From the NCBI GenBank assembly GCA_040954595.2, contig CM082584.2, positions 2,325,344 through 2,389,343 on the forward strand: DNA of 64,000 nucleotides, read 5' to 3'. The notes below the pieces were generated by a model. It was not told where the DNA came from. It worked only from the letters and a program-made list of their open reading frames with translations, and made no database searches. Of this stretch, positions 40,114 to 52,976 are shown piece after piece (the stretch's first letter is position 1; each line of letters starts with the position of its first letter). The stretch comes from Balanoglossus misakiensis (Eukaryota > Animalia > Hemichordata). The translations under genes and the position numbers were made by a program.

Positions 40114-43100
40114 TTTAATTTTTCGCGAGCAATACATTTTCGCCAAATACGCAAGTGCCAAAATAGTGTAAAAATAAAGTGTCACGTAAATTTTTTTGAA
40201 GATAACGATGCAGTGAATGAAATAAGTGAACGCGAAAATTTATACTCGCGAAACAGTGGCCGCTCTCGATATAAGATCTGGAGTGCTGAGCAGTCTCTAA
40301 CTATGTGTACTGATTGGTTGCAATAGAATACATATCAATAAGCAGGCCTTCTCCGCCCGTCAAATAGTGTTTACCCATCGTACAAATTGCCAAAATGAAG
40401 ATATATCCCAATACAGTAAAACTCCAATTATCCGAACTGACAGGGGGACATTGATTTTGTTCGGATATGCAGACAGTTCGGTTATTCGGATAGCGATCCT
40501 ATACAAAAGAACTGTTTAGTGCCATGCATGCAACAAGCAGGTGTGTAAAGTGTGTCACCCACCAAGCTCAAGGACGCATGAAATAACAAAATAATAACAA
40601 AACCAAACAGATTACAGGTAATATTACATATTAAGTGACACGACTTGACAATAGCCAAGTCAGGTACAAAGTGCAGAAGTTTTAATGGAGGGTTCCCATA
40701 CTGATTTTATGTTCTGCGCATACATCTGTAAGTGTTGCATCAACTGAATTTTGCATCAGCAGAATTGTTGGCATGGTATATTGTAAGAAGTAAAACAGAC
40801 ACTTTATTTCTTTCAGGGTATTTCAACAGGACTTTGTTATATGACATCACATTTTTAAGTGTTTGATTACCATACTACATAAGGTTGAATGTATTTTGCA
40901 AACCTGATCAGTGAACACAGTGGGGTAAACCTCCATAGCTGCCAAAACGCACATTTTTTCATGAGTTTTCCTTTAAACTTGAATTAATGCATATAAATAG
41001 GCTTATCAAATTTGATTGTGACGGTACTTTGCAATTCGAAAGTCAGCTGGATTAAAACGGTTCTACCGTTTTTATAGGGGTCCAGTTGACCTCCATGGTG
41101 AGTAAACAAGTATTGTGGTCATGATAGTTCCAGCAGTGCAAATGTTGTGTACACTTCATGATATTAAATATGTTGCTCGGTTGACATAAAAGATTTATCC
41201 TTTGACAACCATGCTGCCTTTCAGATGGCCAGCCCAAGATAATAGTGGTGAATTTAAAATAGCTGCGAGAACTCCAAACATTTTCATACAAGTAATCCGT
41301 TTCCGGTTGACGACAAATTCATGCACATACAAGGTATGTCGCTTACAGGCATATAAGTTGAAACTTTAGGGATAATTATCATTTTTTTTTCAAACTTTAC
41401 TAGTATTAGTCCATGCAGATGTAGGCACTGAACTGTATACAAGTATTTTTAACCCTAAATATGAGTGCATTTGCAAGTTTTAACCAGATAAATAATAAAG
41501 CTTTGCCATAAAGAAATATGGCTGCCACCGTGGGAAATGCAAGAAACAATGAAAATGTTGCATTTCTGACTATTGAACTTCATAAACAAAACATGATCTC
41601 CTCCACTAGAACTCATGCAAGTAAATGTACACCGCTGAGACATTAGATTTTCATTTTTCATTGCAAAATTGCACTTTTTAAAAAATACAGGAATTTTAGA
41701 TTTTCTTTCATTTTTGGCCTGTTTTGTCATACATAAGTGTTGATCTTGATATATTATGAAATGTCATTTAATAGACATAATTAAAATCATATATAAGATT
41801 ATTTAAAGCTTAATTTAAATGAATATTTCCTTTTTATGAAAAACTGACAATCTCGAGCAGGCAAACACTGAGACTGATTACAGTATGTAGAGGATGGGGG
41901 CGCAAATTGCATCTGCATAAAGCAAGAAGAATGCTTCAACATAACTGACACATCTGTTTAAACAGCCAATAAATGGAAGGGGATACTGCTCCCCCCCTCT
42001 CTGAAGTCATATTACTTGATCAAGTTTCCGAAACTCTGAGTATACGAGTCAAAATGACAATTTGTGCTTAACGTTTGTTTTGGATCAGCATTTTTCTGGT
42101 ATTGGAGATGGTTTCAATCACAGCCACTGGACAAAACTGGCCATGTTAATGTTTCCACAAAATCAACAGTCGATTCAAACTGAGAAAATTTGGTCACTGG
42201 GAAAAATGTTAGTGATGTCAAAATGTTATGTTTTAGCACCTATTATCGGACTGAATGAGCGTGCTGCGTTTCATGCATTTATGATGGTTGTCTGCAAAGA
42301 CCATTGGAGCATGTTTGCCAACAGGACTGTGGTCGAATCTATACTGGTACGTGTTTGTGTAAATTGCCTATATAACAGTTGACCAGCAGGGGTAGACACC
42401 CTTTGGACAGGAATTTGAATTTTAAAGGCACACAAGCTGCAAATTTTGGGATAGTTATAATAACTTTATCAAACAATTGAAAAGAAAATAAATGTTTGCG
42501 TGTTGGTTGTTTACCATAACTAAAATTTTTGACATTTTCCTACGCGCTAAACAAAACTCTTTTTTTGTCCTTATCAGTAGCAGTGTGGCACCATTTCCTA
42601 GATAGACAGAAGCTCACCTCGTTGAAAGCATTTGGGTGTATAACATTTCTCTGTTGTTGCTGGCTTATCTGTCAATAAGATAGGTTACATTTATCTTTAA
42701 GGGATTCATAAGTGACTTTGACATAAGACATCTTAACCCTATGACCTTTCATACAATGAGCAGTTGCCAAATTAACTTTCTCTCTGAACATTAATGTGAC
42801 CAATCCGGACCGGGCACTGTTCCATTCTACTACGCAAAACAACTCATCGCAAAGAAACCCAGGAAGGGAAATGCTGACAAAATCTACACCTATCAGTAAA
42901 TTTCAGACATCAAATCTTGTAACTGCATTTATACAATTTATTTGAATAATGCCTTTGTGGTTATCTGATGTCAATTATTTAATTGAAGAGTTGTTGTGTT
43001 GGAGTTAACTTGTGTGAATTGCTTGCCTTTCATTCTGACAGTCAATTATATCTTGAGGAAGCAGCTCCTACTTCTAGATTGAAAATATGAATTATTTAAA

Positions 43101-45119
43101 ATACATGTATATATATTTCTTTTCAATGTACAACACTATATCACAAGTCATCTTTTCACAAGAGGTGGGCCAAACCATACAGGAAACTGTGAACAATCAT
43201 TCAATGCTTTGATATTTGGACTGACAACACCACTCTTTGGCACAATATTCAATTTCAAACATTTTTGAATACTGTAAACGCATTGAATATCGCATGTATT
43301 AAATGTTGCTATTTTGCAATTGGGGCCAGTGAATGAGCATTTAAATATAAGAATGCAAGGTTCTCAAAAGAAATAAAAGTCACTGTTTGTTCCTTTGATT
43401 TGTGTATCATTTGATAAACTGCAGCCATACACATTCATTGACGAGAAGTGTCAAAACATCCACAGGTCTATTCATTGAATGTGAGGTGCAAAGCTAGAAA
43501 TGGAGATGTTACTAGTAGTGTAATACAAAGACAGCAAATAGCAGCCGGACTTGTTTCCTACAAAAAAATCCAGCCATGTCATGTTGCTGGAAAGTCTTTG
43601 TACTTCAATAACAATACAGTCCAATTATGAAAGGGAAAGCTATGGATATGTCCTGTTTTAAACATTTGTTTGTACTATTTTGATATTCGCCATGTTAATA
43701 TCACCACAAGCTAATATCCAAACTACACACAACTGCAAGTTCACTGGCCTCAAGTCACTTATGGATGTTGACACTAATACCCATTAAAACTTCCTATCTG
43801 GGAACATGTAAATGCACACTACAGGAAAACAAACCAATAATTCAGAACACTATTGTGACGGTCACAGAACTTGTGAATTTATTACAAAAGCAGTCATCCT
43901 GAAAATTGAAATACACAACCTGACGACCATCACTGATTTTAGTCAGCTACCATCACTGAATGAAGAACTCAAACAAAAAATTGCTTAATACGCTGTTAAA
44001 AATAACAATGCAACAAAAAACACAAATGATCGACTCCAGTCATATATGTACATCAAGCAACATCAACTGAAAGGCTACAGGCAGTATCGTCAATACACAG
44101 GTTGTTGTTGCTATGCTCAAGGCGTCAATGAATTGGTGGTCACATTTCATTGAACAATGAATGGGCAAGTGCTCACTCACTTCTTCAGTGAATTTCACTG
44201 TTTGTTTATCTTATCATAAAAACTTGGGCACCACAGTCCTTTGGATAAAAATATTCATGTGTGGTGATTTAAAATCAGTGTTGCAAGAAACAGAATTAAT
44301 CACAGGATTAATGGCTTCTGATTGAAAAATACTAAATGCTTAATATGCCATATGCCGCACACAGAGTGATCACATTAGTCAATTGGACCGCTGTTCCGAA
44401 GGACTAAAATGATTGCAATGTTTTAATATTATATTTATTTTACAAAACCCTTACATCTGAGCTTTACTTTAAAGTACTTCCATTTACAAGTAGTACAAGT
44501 ACACATCAGTTAACATTGACAGCTAGGCATGACGTCATAGATGTAGGACTTCAAAACTGACATTCTGAACAGTGGGGGCGCTCTATCATAGTGGGTTTTA
44601 ATGAACATGTGTATTTAATTTCATGAATCAGATATATCAATGAAAACTGTGTGTTTTAACATACGCTTATTGTTTATGCATTTGCAGTATCTAGTCATAT
44701 TACAGTAATACACCAGACATGTTCTTAACTCAATCAATGTGTGTGTGTAAGTTCAATTTCTGACCACACTCAGATTACCCAAGTCCATGTGACCAACTCT
44801 ACTGCAAGTATACAGACTTGAACTCCGGAAAACTAGTCACCTACAATACTTGAACTGGAGCCACATCCAAAACTTGACTTTGAGATATTTTATCAAATCA
44901 GTGCTCCTTTTAGAATTAGAACTCCTATGCAATTTTTGTGACAGAAGAAATAATGAGATTCCCAGAAAGAACCTCCCAGTTCCCTTTTTAGAGGTCCAAC
45001 CTTACCATAGAAAACAACGGGTTTGGACTGTACCATGGTGGTGAAATGGTTAAGCCAGAGCATGTATCAAAATACAGTAAAACCTGTCTCAACCAAAACC
45101 TGTCTATTACAAGGACATT

Positions 45120-46240
45120 GTTCAAACTCCTAGGTTCACTTTTGTTAAATCGCAACACCTGGTCCAGAGCAGTGCAAACATTGGCTAATCAAGCCAGCAA
45201 GGTGTTGTCTCTACTCTCAGTTGCCAGGTGGAAACTAGGGTATATGCCATTTGAATGTCACTTCAAGGTGTTTGATGCCATGATCTTACCCATTCTTTGT
45301 TATGGATCGGAGACTTGAGTTTTATGACATCATAGAAAAAGTGCAAAGAACATGGTGCAGAATTTTTCTAGGTGTGCCAAGGAGCACTACCAATGAAGCT
45401 GTTATTGGAGAATGTGGGCGGTTGCGAGTGTATGTTCACACAATGTTGTATTCGTTACTGGGTGAAACTTATAGAGATGCCACAGGAAAGACTCCCTAGG
45501 CAAGCATATTTAATGCTACATACGTAATCTTGACTGTTTAGGCCGTCACACTTGGGCAACATCGGTGAAACACATTTTATTTTCGCCTGGATTTCTCAGG
45601 AAAGAGGCGATAAGCGTTTGTTCCTTTCAGCATTTGAGACAAGAATTTCAGATATTTTGAAGCAACAATGGAAATCACACTGTCCGTCCAAAACCAAACT
45701 CCGTACATACACATATTTTAAATCATTGTTACAGCCTGAAAAGTAGTTAATGTCAACTGTACACGTAATGTCAAAGACATTTTTGCATGTTTTCGCTGTT
45801 CTGCCCTTCCTCTTGCAATAGAGGAGGGAAGAGATCAGAATGTGGACGTTTCAGAGAGACACTGTAGGCTATGCTCTGGTGCACAAATAGAAGACGAGTA
45901 TCACTTTTTACTTGTTTGCCCCTTATATGACAGTCTTAGAAAACAATATATTGGTTACACTAAAATTCCCCACATTCAAATGTTTGTTAATATCATGAGC
46001 GCATCAGAATCCTCAAGTATTTATGTTTACAATGCCTTTAAACTTAGAGAAAATGTGTTAAAAAACTTAATCTGCTAAGTTCCTCACTTTGTATCCCGAG
46101 TACGTACTTCCACACAAGTGCTGCTTGATGTTGTCATTTATATTATTTGAGTACATGTATTATTTATTTCATTTTCGTACAATTTTCTGATTACCTTTAT
46201 GCCCTCTTACCTATGGGCTGGAGGCCTTGACAATCAATTA
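45120..46240 (+). mobile_element. 5'-truncated, frameshifted LINE ORF2 C-terminus and 3' UTR (RTE-X/CR1-group-like)
   Basis: ORF pieces KVFDAMILPILCYGSE, IEKVQRTWCRIFLGVPRSTTNEAVIGECGR, KLRTYTYFK and the Cys/His motif RHCRLC...IEDEYHFLLVCPLYDSLR are typical of the LINE post-RT region. Multiple stops and frameshifts. Confidence 0.88.
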
Positions 46241-46459
46241 ACGTGCACTGTTGTGCACCTGAACAATGAACAACAAATCAATCACACATTCTCACTGAAT
46301 CGAAAGCTGTATATGACACAAGCGCTGATTCAGATTGGATGACAAAGCTAAATGTTATCCTATGATACAGAAACTACAACGTGCCAGATGACAGTTCAAG
46401 AGTCATTTATTTAATGTTTTAAAACGAATTTGGCTAATTTGTGGCCGTGTGAGAAATAT

Positions 46460-46603
46460 AATCTCACACACCAAGGACCTGGGATCATATTTCTCACACT
46501 CGTCAGGGATATTTTGTCCCACACTCGACTGCAGCTTGTTTGGGACAGAAAATCCTCAACACATGTGAGAAATATGATCCCAAGTCCTTGGGAGTGTGAG
46601 ATT
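46460..46603. repeat. Long imperfect hairpin, part of a palindromic non-autonomous element spanning ~46440-46750
   Basis: aatctcacacaccaaggacctgggatcatatttctcaca...tgtgagaaatatgatcccaagtccttgggagtgtgagatt; related words recur to ~46710. Confidence 0.7.
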
Positions 46604-47126
46604 CTATTAGTCTTACAACCTTAGGACCTGGTAAAAGATTTCTCAGACGAGGTGGGGATATTTTTAGCTCGTGTTAGACAAGCCAAAATATCCCTGATGA
46701 GTGTAAGAAATTGCGTTAAGTACACGGTGGTCCCATTCACGGATAATACAAGAAAAAAGTCTACACCGGAGTACATATACAGACAGACACACACACACAC
46801 ACACACACATCAAGAGATCTACAGGCAAACATTGGCTGACCCATAAGCTGCCAATGGCATGTGTACTGTACACACACCAAATAGAACAGCTGGTCTCTTT
46901 AACAGTTAGCCAGTTATGTAAACATGCAGTTACCAATCACTGTTATTATTAACAAATTGCATCCAAGTCCAGACCCAGGCTTGAATACAATGTTTACACA
47001 TAACAACATTGCTTACCCATCGAGCTGAACAAGAAATGATGGTTGATAACCAGAAAAATACTAAATAAAAATTCAAAAGTTACAGATACTGGACCTTTCG
47101 TTGTCCACATATTGTGCTGGTCTTAC

Positions 47127-47234
47127 CTGTACACTCTCCATTGACCAATCAATATCCCACAGAACAAGTGCAATAAAAAGAGCCTGCTGTATTCACACAC
47201 TGGCGTTCACAAAGATCTGCTCTCTTATTGACAT
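47127..47234 (-). pseudogene. Degenerate calcium-binding EGF-like exon
   Basis: 108-bp phase 1-1 exon (tttcag|...|gtaaga) encoding DVNKRADLCERQCVNTAGSFYCTCSVGY*LVNGECT. It keeps the cbEGF CxNTxGSFxCxC pattern but lacks the first Cys and has an in-frame TGA. Confidence 0.8.
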
Positions 47235-47361
47235 CTGAAATCAAAGATAGTTTATTATTTTTAATTTTATTATTATTTATTTCCTGACAAACGTAATACA
47301 CATACATCTTAGTGCATTTTCTACTGAAAATAATAAAATTGGAAAACAAGTGAAAGCTTAA

Positions 47362-50002
47362 AGAGCATATCTTGCCTTTTTAAATCTTATCAGAAGGTTA
47401 AAAAATGATTGAAAGAAATCTAATATTTACCAAAAGTGACAATATTTTTCGGGTATCGATTTCCATAATATTTGTTTTGTTCTCATAAAATAGACCAGCT
47501 TTAGCGATGCTCACAGGTGTCATACGGTGTTTTCGTGCTTTTCTGTGTAATACCACAATGGGAAAAAGAGGTGGTTGCCGTGGTTGCAGCAACACATTAC
47601 CTAGACGGAAGTCACCCATGTGAATTCCCCGAAAACCAATGAAAGTCTATGCCACGATCATCGATATTGTACGGTGGATATGAAGCCATCCGGCGGCGGC
47701 GGCCGTAACTGTCAATGCATGACCGTTGAACGATAATCGGCCAGGTTTGAATCACGAGAAGACAATCCACACCCTTACAGGAAAATAGAAGCCTGTCAGT
47801 AGGAGAGGTCGACCAGTGATCAATATTCAATTCAGAGCACAACTGATCGTTTATACCCGATATTGGTGTTCATTCAGTGTTCCAGCGACCGCGATTACAC
47901 AGTAGAAGGTGAACTGGCAGGAGGCGTAAACACAATTTTGCGCTGGCCGACATCAAGATTGCTTATAATTATTCACTCTTTCGTCTGGCTACCCGGTACC
48001 CAGGGACCGCAAACTTCGATAATTAAGGTTGACAGCAATCAATGTGAAAACTTGAACGTTCAAAATATTACTGTTACTATTTCACATTTTTTTCAGTCAT
48101 ACCTTTGTATGGCTTCGGGCTGAATGGTCGCCATCTTTCTTTTCTAATTTCTTTGTTTACAAGTTTTACGTCGCACTATGTCCGACTCATCGGTTCCAAA
48201 ACACACTGTACAAATTTTGAAACAAAATGTGTTGAATAAATTTTGCCGCGTGTGAGTGAAAACCGTTTCCAAACTTGGATATTCGTGTGTATCAATGAAA
48301 ATGTTTCATGCTTTGTGAGCGTGAGTGGGTCGGCCCGGCATGATCGCCTGTTGCTGTTGGTTGTATGGTTTCATTTTGTTATAATGCAGTATGAAGCATG
48401 TGAAGGAACTTTCATGATTACAGCGACAAGTCATAAATGTTTCTGTTTGTCATCACCAAAAAGGCATATAGCTTACATGTAATTCAGAAGACAGAATTTT
48501 AGTGCTGGCATGGTACATATACATCGCGGCGCGATATGTGTCATCGCTGCTGACTGCGTGTACACGCATCGGCGCTGATGGAGTTCCCTTGTAATAACAC
48601 GCGCGTATTTTGTCTGTTGAGGCAGTGATCGAAAATCGCCAAAAGACCACGATATATCAGTTGTCAATAAGTTGACATTGTCCAAGATAAGTAGATTGAG
48701 ACCCAACACTCTAGTCCTAAACCTCTGGGCAATATTCCACGGTTTAAGATGGGTCCCCCGGATCTTTTTGCCCGTTGCTATGGGCCTTTGCAGGACATTA
48801 CACCCCGATTTGGACTAAGCCGTTTTCAGAGTCTAACAAGGGGCTGGTAACTAGTTGAAAATCTGCACGATTGTGAGCGCGCGCCCCCTGACGCCATTGA
48901 TATGCAAATTAGCTAGGTCAAATTTCAAAAGCCTAAGGCTTTTTATTCCGTGACCTCAAAAACGAACTTGATACGTATTCATTAGTTGCTTGAACCAGGG
49001 AAGATCGTGACGGATTTTGTTTTCGAATATTATCGTTGTATCCTACGATTTCAGCATACCCGTACCACAGCGGAAAAAGTCATCGATTTTAGGTGTTTTT
49101 GGACGCACTCTTCCACCGGTATCGCTTCTTAGCACGACGAAAACCGAAAAAACGATCCGTCACACTGTGAGGAAGTGCGTTCTCAACAAGCAGGTCAAAT
49201 TTGACTGGCGTACGTGGCCTATGAAAAAAGCCTTAGGGATTTTCGTGAACGGTACAAAATCTCTGTGTACAAAACATTGGATTTTTAGCGTTCGATCCAG
49301 TTACTGTGGTCACAGGACGCGCATGCTATCGCTGACCGCTGCTTTACCGTATTAGCGTGGCGGCCTATGGCCGGGCGGTAGCTGCCGTAAACATACTCGG
49401 ACAGGGGGTGTGTACACAATCGTGTGTATTTTTAACTAGTCACAAGCCCCTTGTCGGACGTTCATAACGGTTTCGATCAAAATTGAGTGTAGTGTCCTAT
49501 AAAGGCCCATAGAAACGAGCAAAAAGATACGGGGGACCCATCTTAATCGAGGCAGCAATCATTGTATGTGTAAGGTGCCTATACACATCCGCTGCCATTG
49601 CATGTTGTGTACTGCTTGCAATGCGTAGCCGTAGCCTAACCGGGCCGAGTAGTGTTATTTTTTTCATAATCGCATCTCCCCTAGATGAAAAGGTATATAT
49701 GTACATTTATTTTGAATGGAACGGGGGATCCAGAGGCTGACCCAGCAAAGCTGTTTAGATCACAGACATGTATGATTGCAATTCAACCACTGTAATGTAC
49801 AGTCTTGCAAACGTAAATGGGTTCCTCTTGTGACGTCACAGAAATGGGCGTGGCCCAAACAGAAGTTTTTTCTCAGGCCCTGAACATTTTTAAATTTAAC
49901 ATTTATTTATCCATATGAAATAAGTAAAAGGACACCAGCATTTAACACACAAGCCCAATTATTATTTATCCTCAAAGTGTGTTTCGAGCTAAGATATACT
50001 CT
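47362..50002. mobile_element. Non-autonomous Kolobok-like DNA transposon (2.64 kb)
   Basis: TTAA|AGAGCATATCTT ... AAGATATACTCT|TTAA: 12-bp TIR (11/12), purine-purine termini and a TTAA TSD. No transposase ORF seen. Confidence 0.75.
48748..49542. mobile_element. Kolobok-like MITE (795 bp) nested inside the previous element
   Basis: TTAA|GATGGGTCCCCCG... and ...CGGGGGACCCATC|TTAA. The imperfect TIR extends ~125 bp, to cacgattgtg / cacaatcgtg. Confidence 0.88.
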
Positions 50003-50957
50003 TTAAAGGATAAAAAAATTACACTTAAAAACCCCAAAGAAACCAAAACAGTTCTGAAAGACATTCCTTTTAAACCAAAAAAAGCAATGGAATGAAATTG
50101 TGCAGAATAAAAAGACGAGTTTTTAAACCCCTTTTAAAACTGTCTATAGATCCAGCATTGCGGATAGAAGGTGAGGTTGATGACACATATTCGTAACCAC
50201 ATATTAATTGATCAGTTGATTGTTTTTACACCAAAGTCCTCAATATCCATGGCAATCTCTTTCTAGGAATTTTAACACTCTCTATCATTCTCACTTTAAC
50301 AAAATCCCCTGAAACTCGTGTACCCTGTCAGCAAAACTTTGTCTGATTTTTAAAACAACAGATTACTTTTTCACCCTTGCAAACAAATTTTCAATGCTAA
50401 GTTTTCACATTTGTTAATTTGTTTATATTATGCATAATTATAATTGGAAAATTTCTGAGATACAATTTCAACAAACATGTGTTCAGTACGAGTGTGCGGT
50501 TGATTTCAAATTTTAAAATGTGTGCAATGGACAGACAGGATGCATGTTTTATTGTAACCATAGCAATATACAATCCCCAAACAGTGTAGCCACAGAAGAG
50601 ATCAATATCCACAGTTACATACCTGCACATGCATGGCCATCCTCCAGCACATTGAAGCCTTGTCTGCAAGCGCAGCAATAACTACCATGGGTATTCTGAC
50701 AATAGTGTTGACACGCATTTCCACAACTGTGACATTTATTCATATCTGGAGGGTAAGAAGAAATTCGAAATAATTTACAAGCATTACATTATTCAAGGTA
50801 AGCCTACTCTTGACTACTGGAATCTCACACCAAAGACAACTGGGCTCAGATTATAACAAGATGGGGATAATTTTTCTCAATTTCATCATTTGAGACAACA
50901 TATCCCCAAACTTATGTAGTGTCGACGTAACATTATAACATAGTTATATCACTGTCA

Positions 50958-51037
50958 GGCATTTGTGTCCTACAGTCAAGGGGTTTTAGACACCTGCAGT
51001 CATTTTGATGGCGTTGGTTTGAATCCCACCAGTGCCA
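50958..51037 (+). pseudogene. Degenerate tRNA-Leu-like sequence (pseudogene or SINE head)
   Basis: The 3' half cagtcattttgatggcgttggtttgaatcccaccagtgcca resembles the long variable arm, T arm and acceptor of eukaryotic tRNA-Leu, and ggcatt pairs with agtgcc. The D and anticodon arms are degenerate and the B box is mutated (GGTTTGAATCC). Confidence 0.65.
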
Positions 51038-51226
51038 GAAGTGTCCCTTACGAAAAAGGTTCTATAGAACTCTATAGACCTCTATAGAAACGTGTAGAAA
51101 TCAATAGAAAATCAATAGAAATTTATTTTCTATAGAATTCTACAGGTGACTTCTATTAATTTTCAACAGAAAATCAATAGAATATTATTTTCTATAGAAT
51201 TATACAGATGATTTCCATTAAACTAG

Positions 51227-52650
51227 CCGTCAATAGATTTTCTATTGAAAATATTACCTAGCATGAAATAAGTGAAAAATGATTTTTAATAGGTTTTAAC
51301 ATGATTATCATACAATGACAAAGCAATTTGTAAGATTTGCCCCCATTACACATATTTCACTGTGAACAAAGTATATTTTAACAGAAATCCACAGACTCTA
51401 TTGAATTCTATTGATGTCAATAGATTTTCTATTGAAAAATATTGTCAACCTTGAAATGGTTGAAAGAAATATTTTTCCCTAGTTTTTAGCAAATGTGTGC
51501 ACATAATCATCACAAAATGAAAAGGAATTTGTCAGGTTTGCCCCAACTACATACATTTCACTGTGAACAGTGTATTTTAACAAAAATCCACTGTCTCTAT
51601 TGAATTCTATTGCCGTCAATAGATTTTCTATTGAAAAATATTGCCAACCATGAAATAGATGAAAGAAACATTTTCCCCTAGTTTTTAGCAAATGTGTGCA
51701 CATAATCAACACAAAATGACAAATGAATTTGTCAGGTTTGGCCCAACTACATATATTTCACTGTGAACAGTGTATTTTAACAAAAATCCACTGACTCTAT
51801 TGAATTCTATTGCCGTCAATAGATTTTCTATTGAAAAATATTGTCAACCTTGAAATGGTTGAAAGAAATATTTTTCCCTAGTTTTTAGCAAATGTGTGCA
51901 CATAATCATCACAAAATGACAAAGGAATTTGTCAGGTTTGCCCCAACTACATACATTTCACTGTGAACAGTGTATTTTAACAAAAGCCACTGTCTCTATT
52001 GAATTCTATTGCCGTCAATAGATTTTCTATTGAAAAATATTGCCAACCATGAAATAGGTGAAAGAAACATTTTCCCCTAGTTTTTAGCAAATGTGTGCAC
52101 ATAATCATCACAAAACGACAAATGAATTTGTCAGGTTTGGCCCAACTACATATATTTCACTGTGAACAGTGTATTTTAACAAAAATCCACTGTCTCTATT
52201 GAATTCTATTGCCGTCAATAGATTTTCTATTGAAAAATATTGCCAACCATGAAATAGGTGAAAGAAACATTTTCCCCTAGTTTTTAGCAAATGTGTGCAC
52301 ATAATCAACACAAAACGACAAATGAATTTGTCAGGTTTGGCCCAACTACATATATTTCACTGTGAACAGTGTATTTTAACAAAAATCCACTGACTCTATT
52401 GAATTCTATTGCCGTCAATAGATTTTCTATTGAAAAATATTGCCAACCATGAAATAGGTGAAAGAAACATTTTCCCCTAGTTTTTAGCAAATGTGTGCAC
52501 ATAATCATCACAAAATGACAAAGAGTTTGTCAGGTTTGCCCCAACTACATACATTTCACTGTGAACAGTGTATTTTAACAAAAATCCACTGTCTCTATTG
52601 AATTCTATTGCCGTCAATAGATTTTCTATTGAAAAATATTGCCAACCATG
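51227..52650. repeat. Left subterminal ~200-bp tandem repeat (about 7 copies)
   Basis: The anchor gtttttagcaaatgtgtgc occurs at 51482, 51681, 51881, 52080, 52280 and 52480. Each unit has the cluster ctctattgaattctattgccgtcaatagattttctattga. Confidence 0.95.
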
Positions 52651-52976
52651 ACCGGACGCTAAGGATTTTGATTTAGGCGAAGATTGTATCGTTTGGCCAT
52701 GGAAAGTAACCAGTTCACCCCGAGCAAACAGATACCAGTATACATTCAGCTCAAACACACAGCTATTCATTCTTAATCATTCTATTTTATATTGTGAATG
52801 AATACTTGACAAATATGTCTCTGTAAATAATTCATTTATTACAATTTCAAAATGATATCTGCAAAACACTGGTACATATACAAATCTGTATATAAATACA
52901 AATCAGAAGAAACGGACTCTCAACTACAGTACTGGGGTAAGTGTTTGCTACCTACAGACTTTTTTTGCAGCCCTTA

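Larger units (their letters stand above)
37866..44924 (-). pseudogene. Intron-containing pseudogene (3' part) of an unidentified protein with a globular region, a coiled coil and a Gln-rich C-terminus
   Basis: Exons with mostly matching phases: 44841-44924 (SSNSKRSTDLIKYLKVKFWMWLQFKYC); 44181-44268 (SPHMNIFIQRTVVPKFL**DKQTVKFTEE, acceptor AA); 43384-43493 (LCTSHSMNRPVDVLTLL, frameshift); ~42950-43073 (K*ELLPQDIIDCQNERQ); 42618-42668 (ISQQQQRNVIHPNAFNE, clean AG/GT); 39297-39515 (RNIQALQENLEMAQK...QQQ, frameshifts); 37866-38256 (LIDKCEER*RELSPDTLPLSVK*L*KENHFVCIQQQ...SLLADDMSLFDILNQ*). Confidence 0.75.

Noticed and set aside
42421-42445. TTAAAGGCACACAAGCTG, a possible Kolobok-type left end (similar lone candidates at 33562 and 63530)
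   Set aside because: No matching partner TIR was found, so no element could be delimited.
50958-51037. Functional tRNA-Leu gene
   Set aside because: The D arm, anticodon arm and B box are degenerate; kept only as a pseudogene or SINE head.
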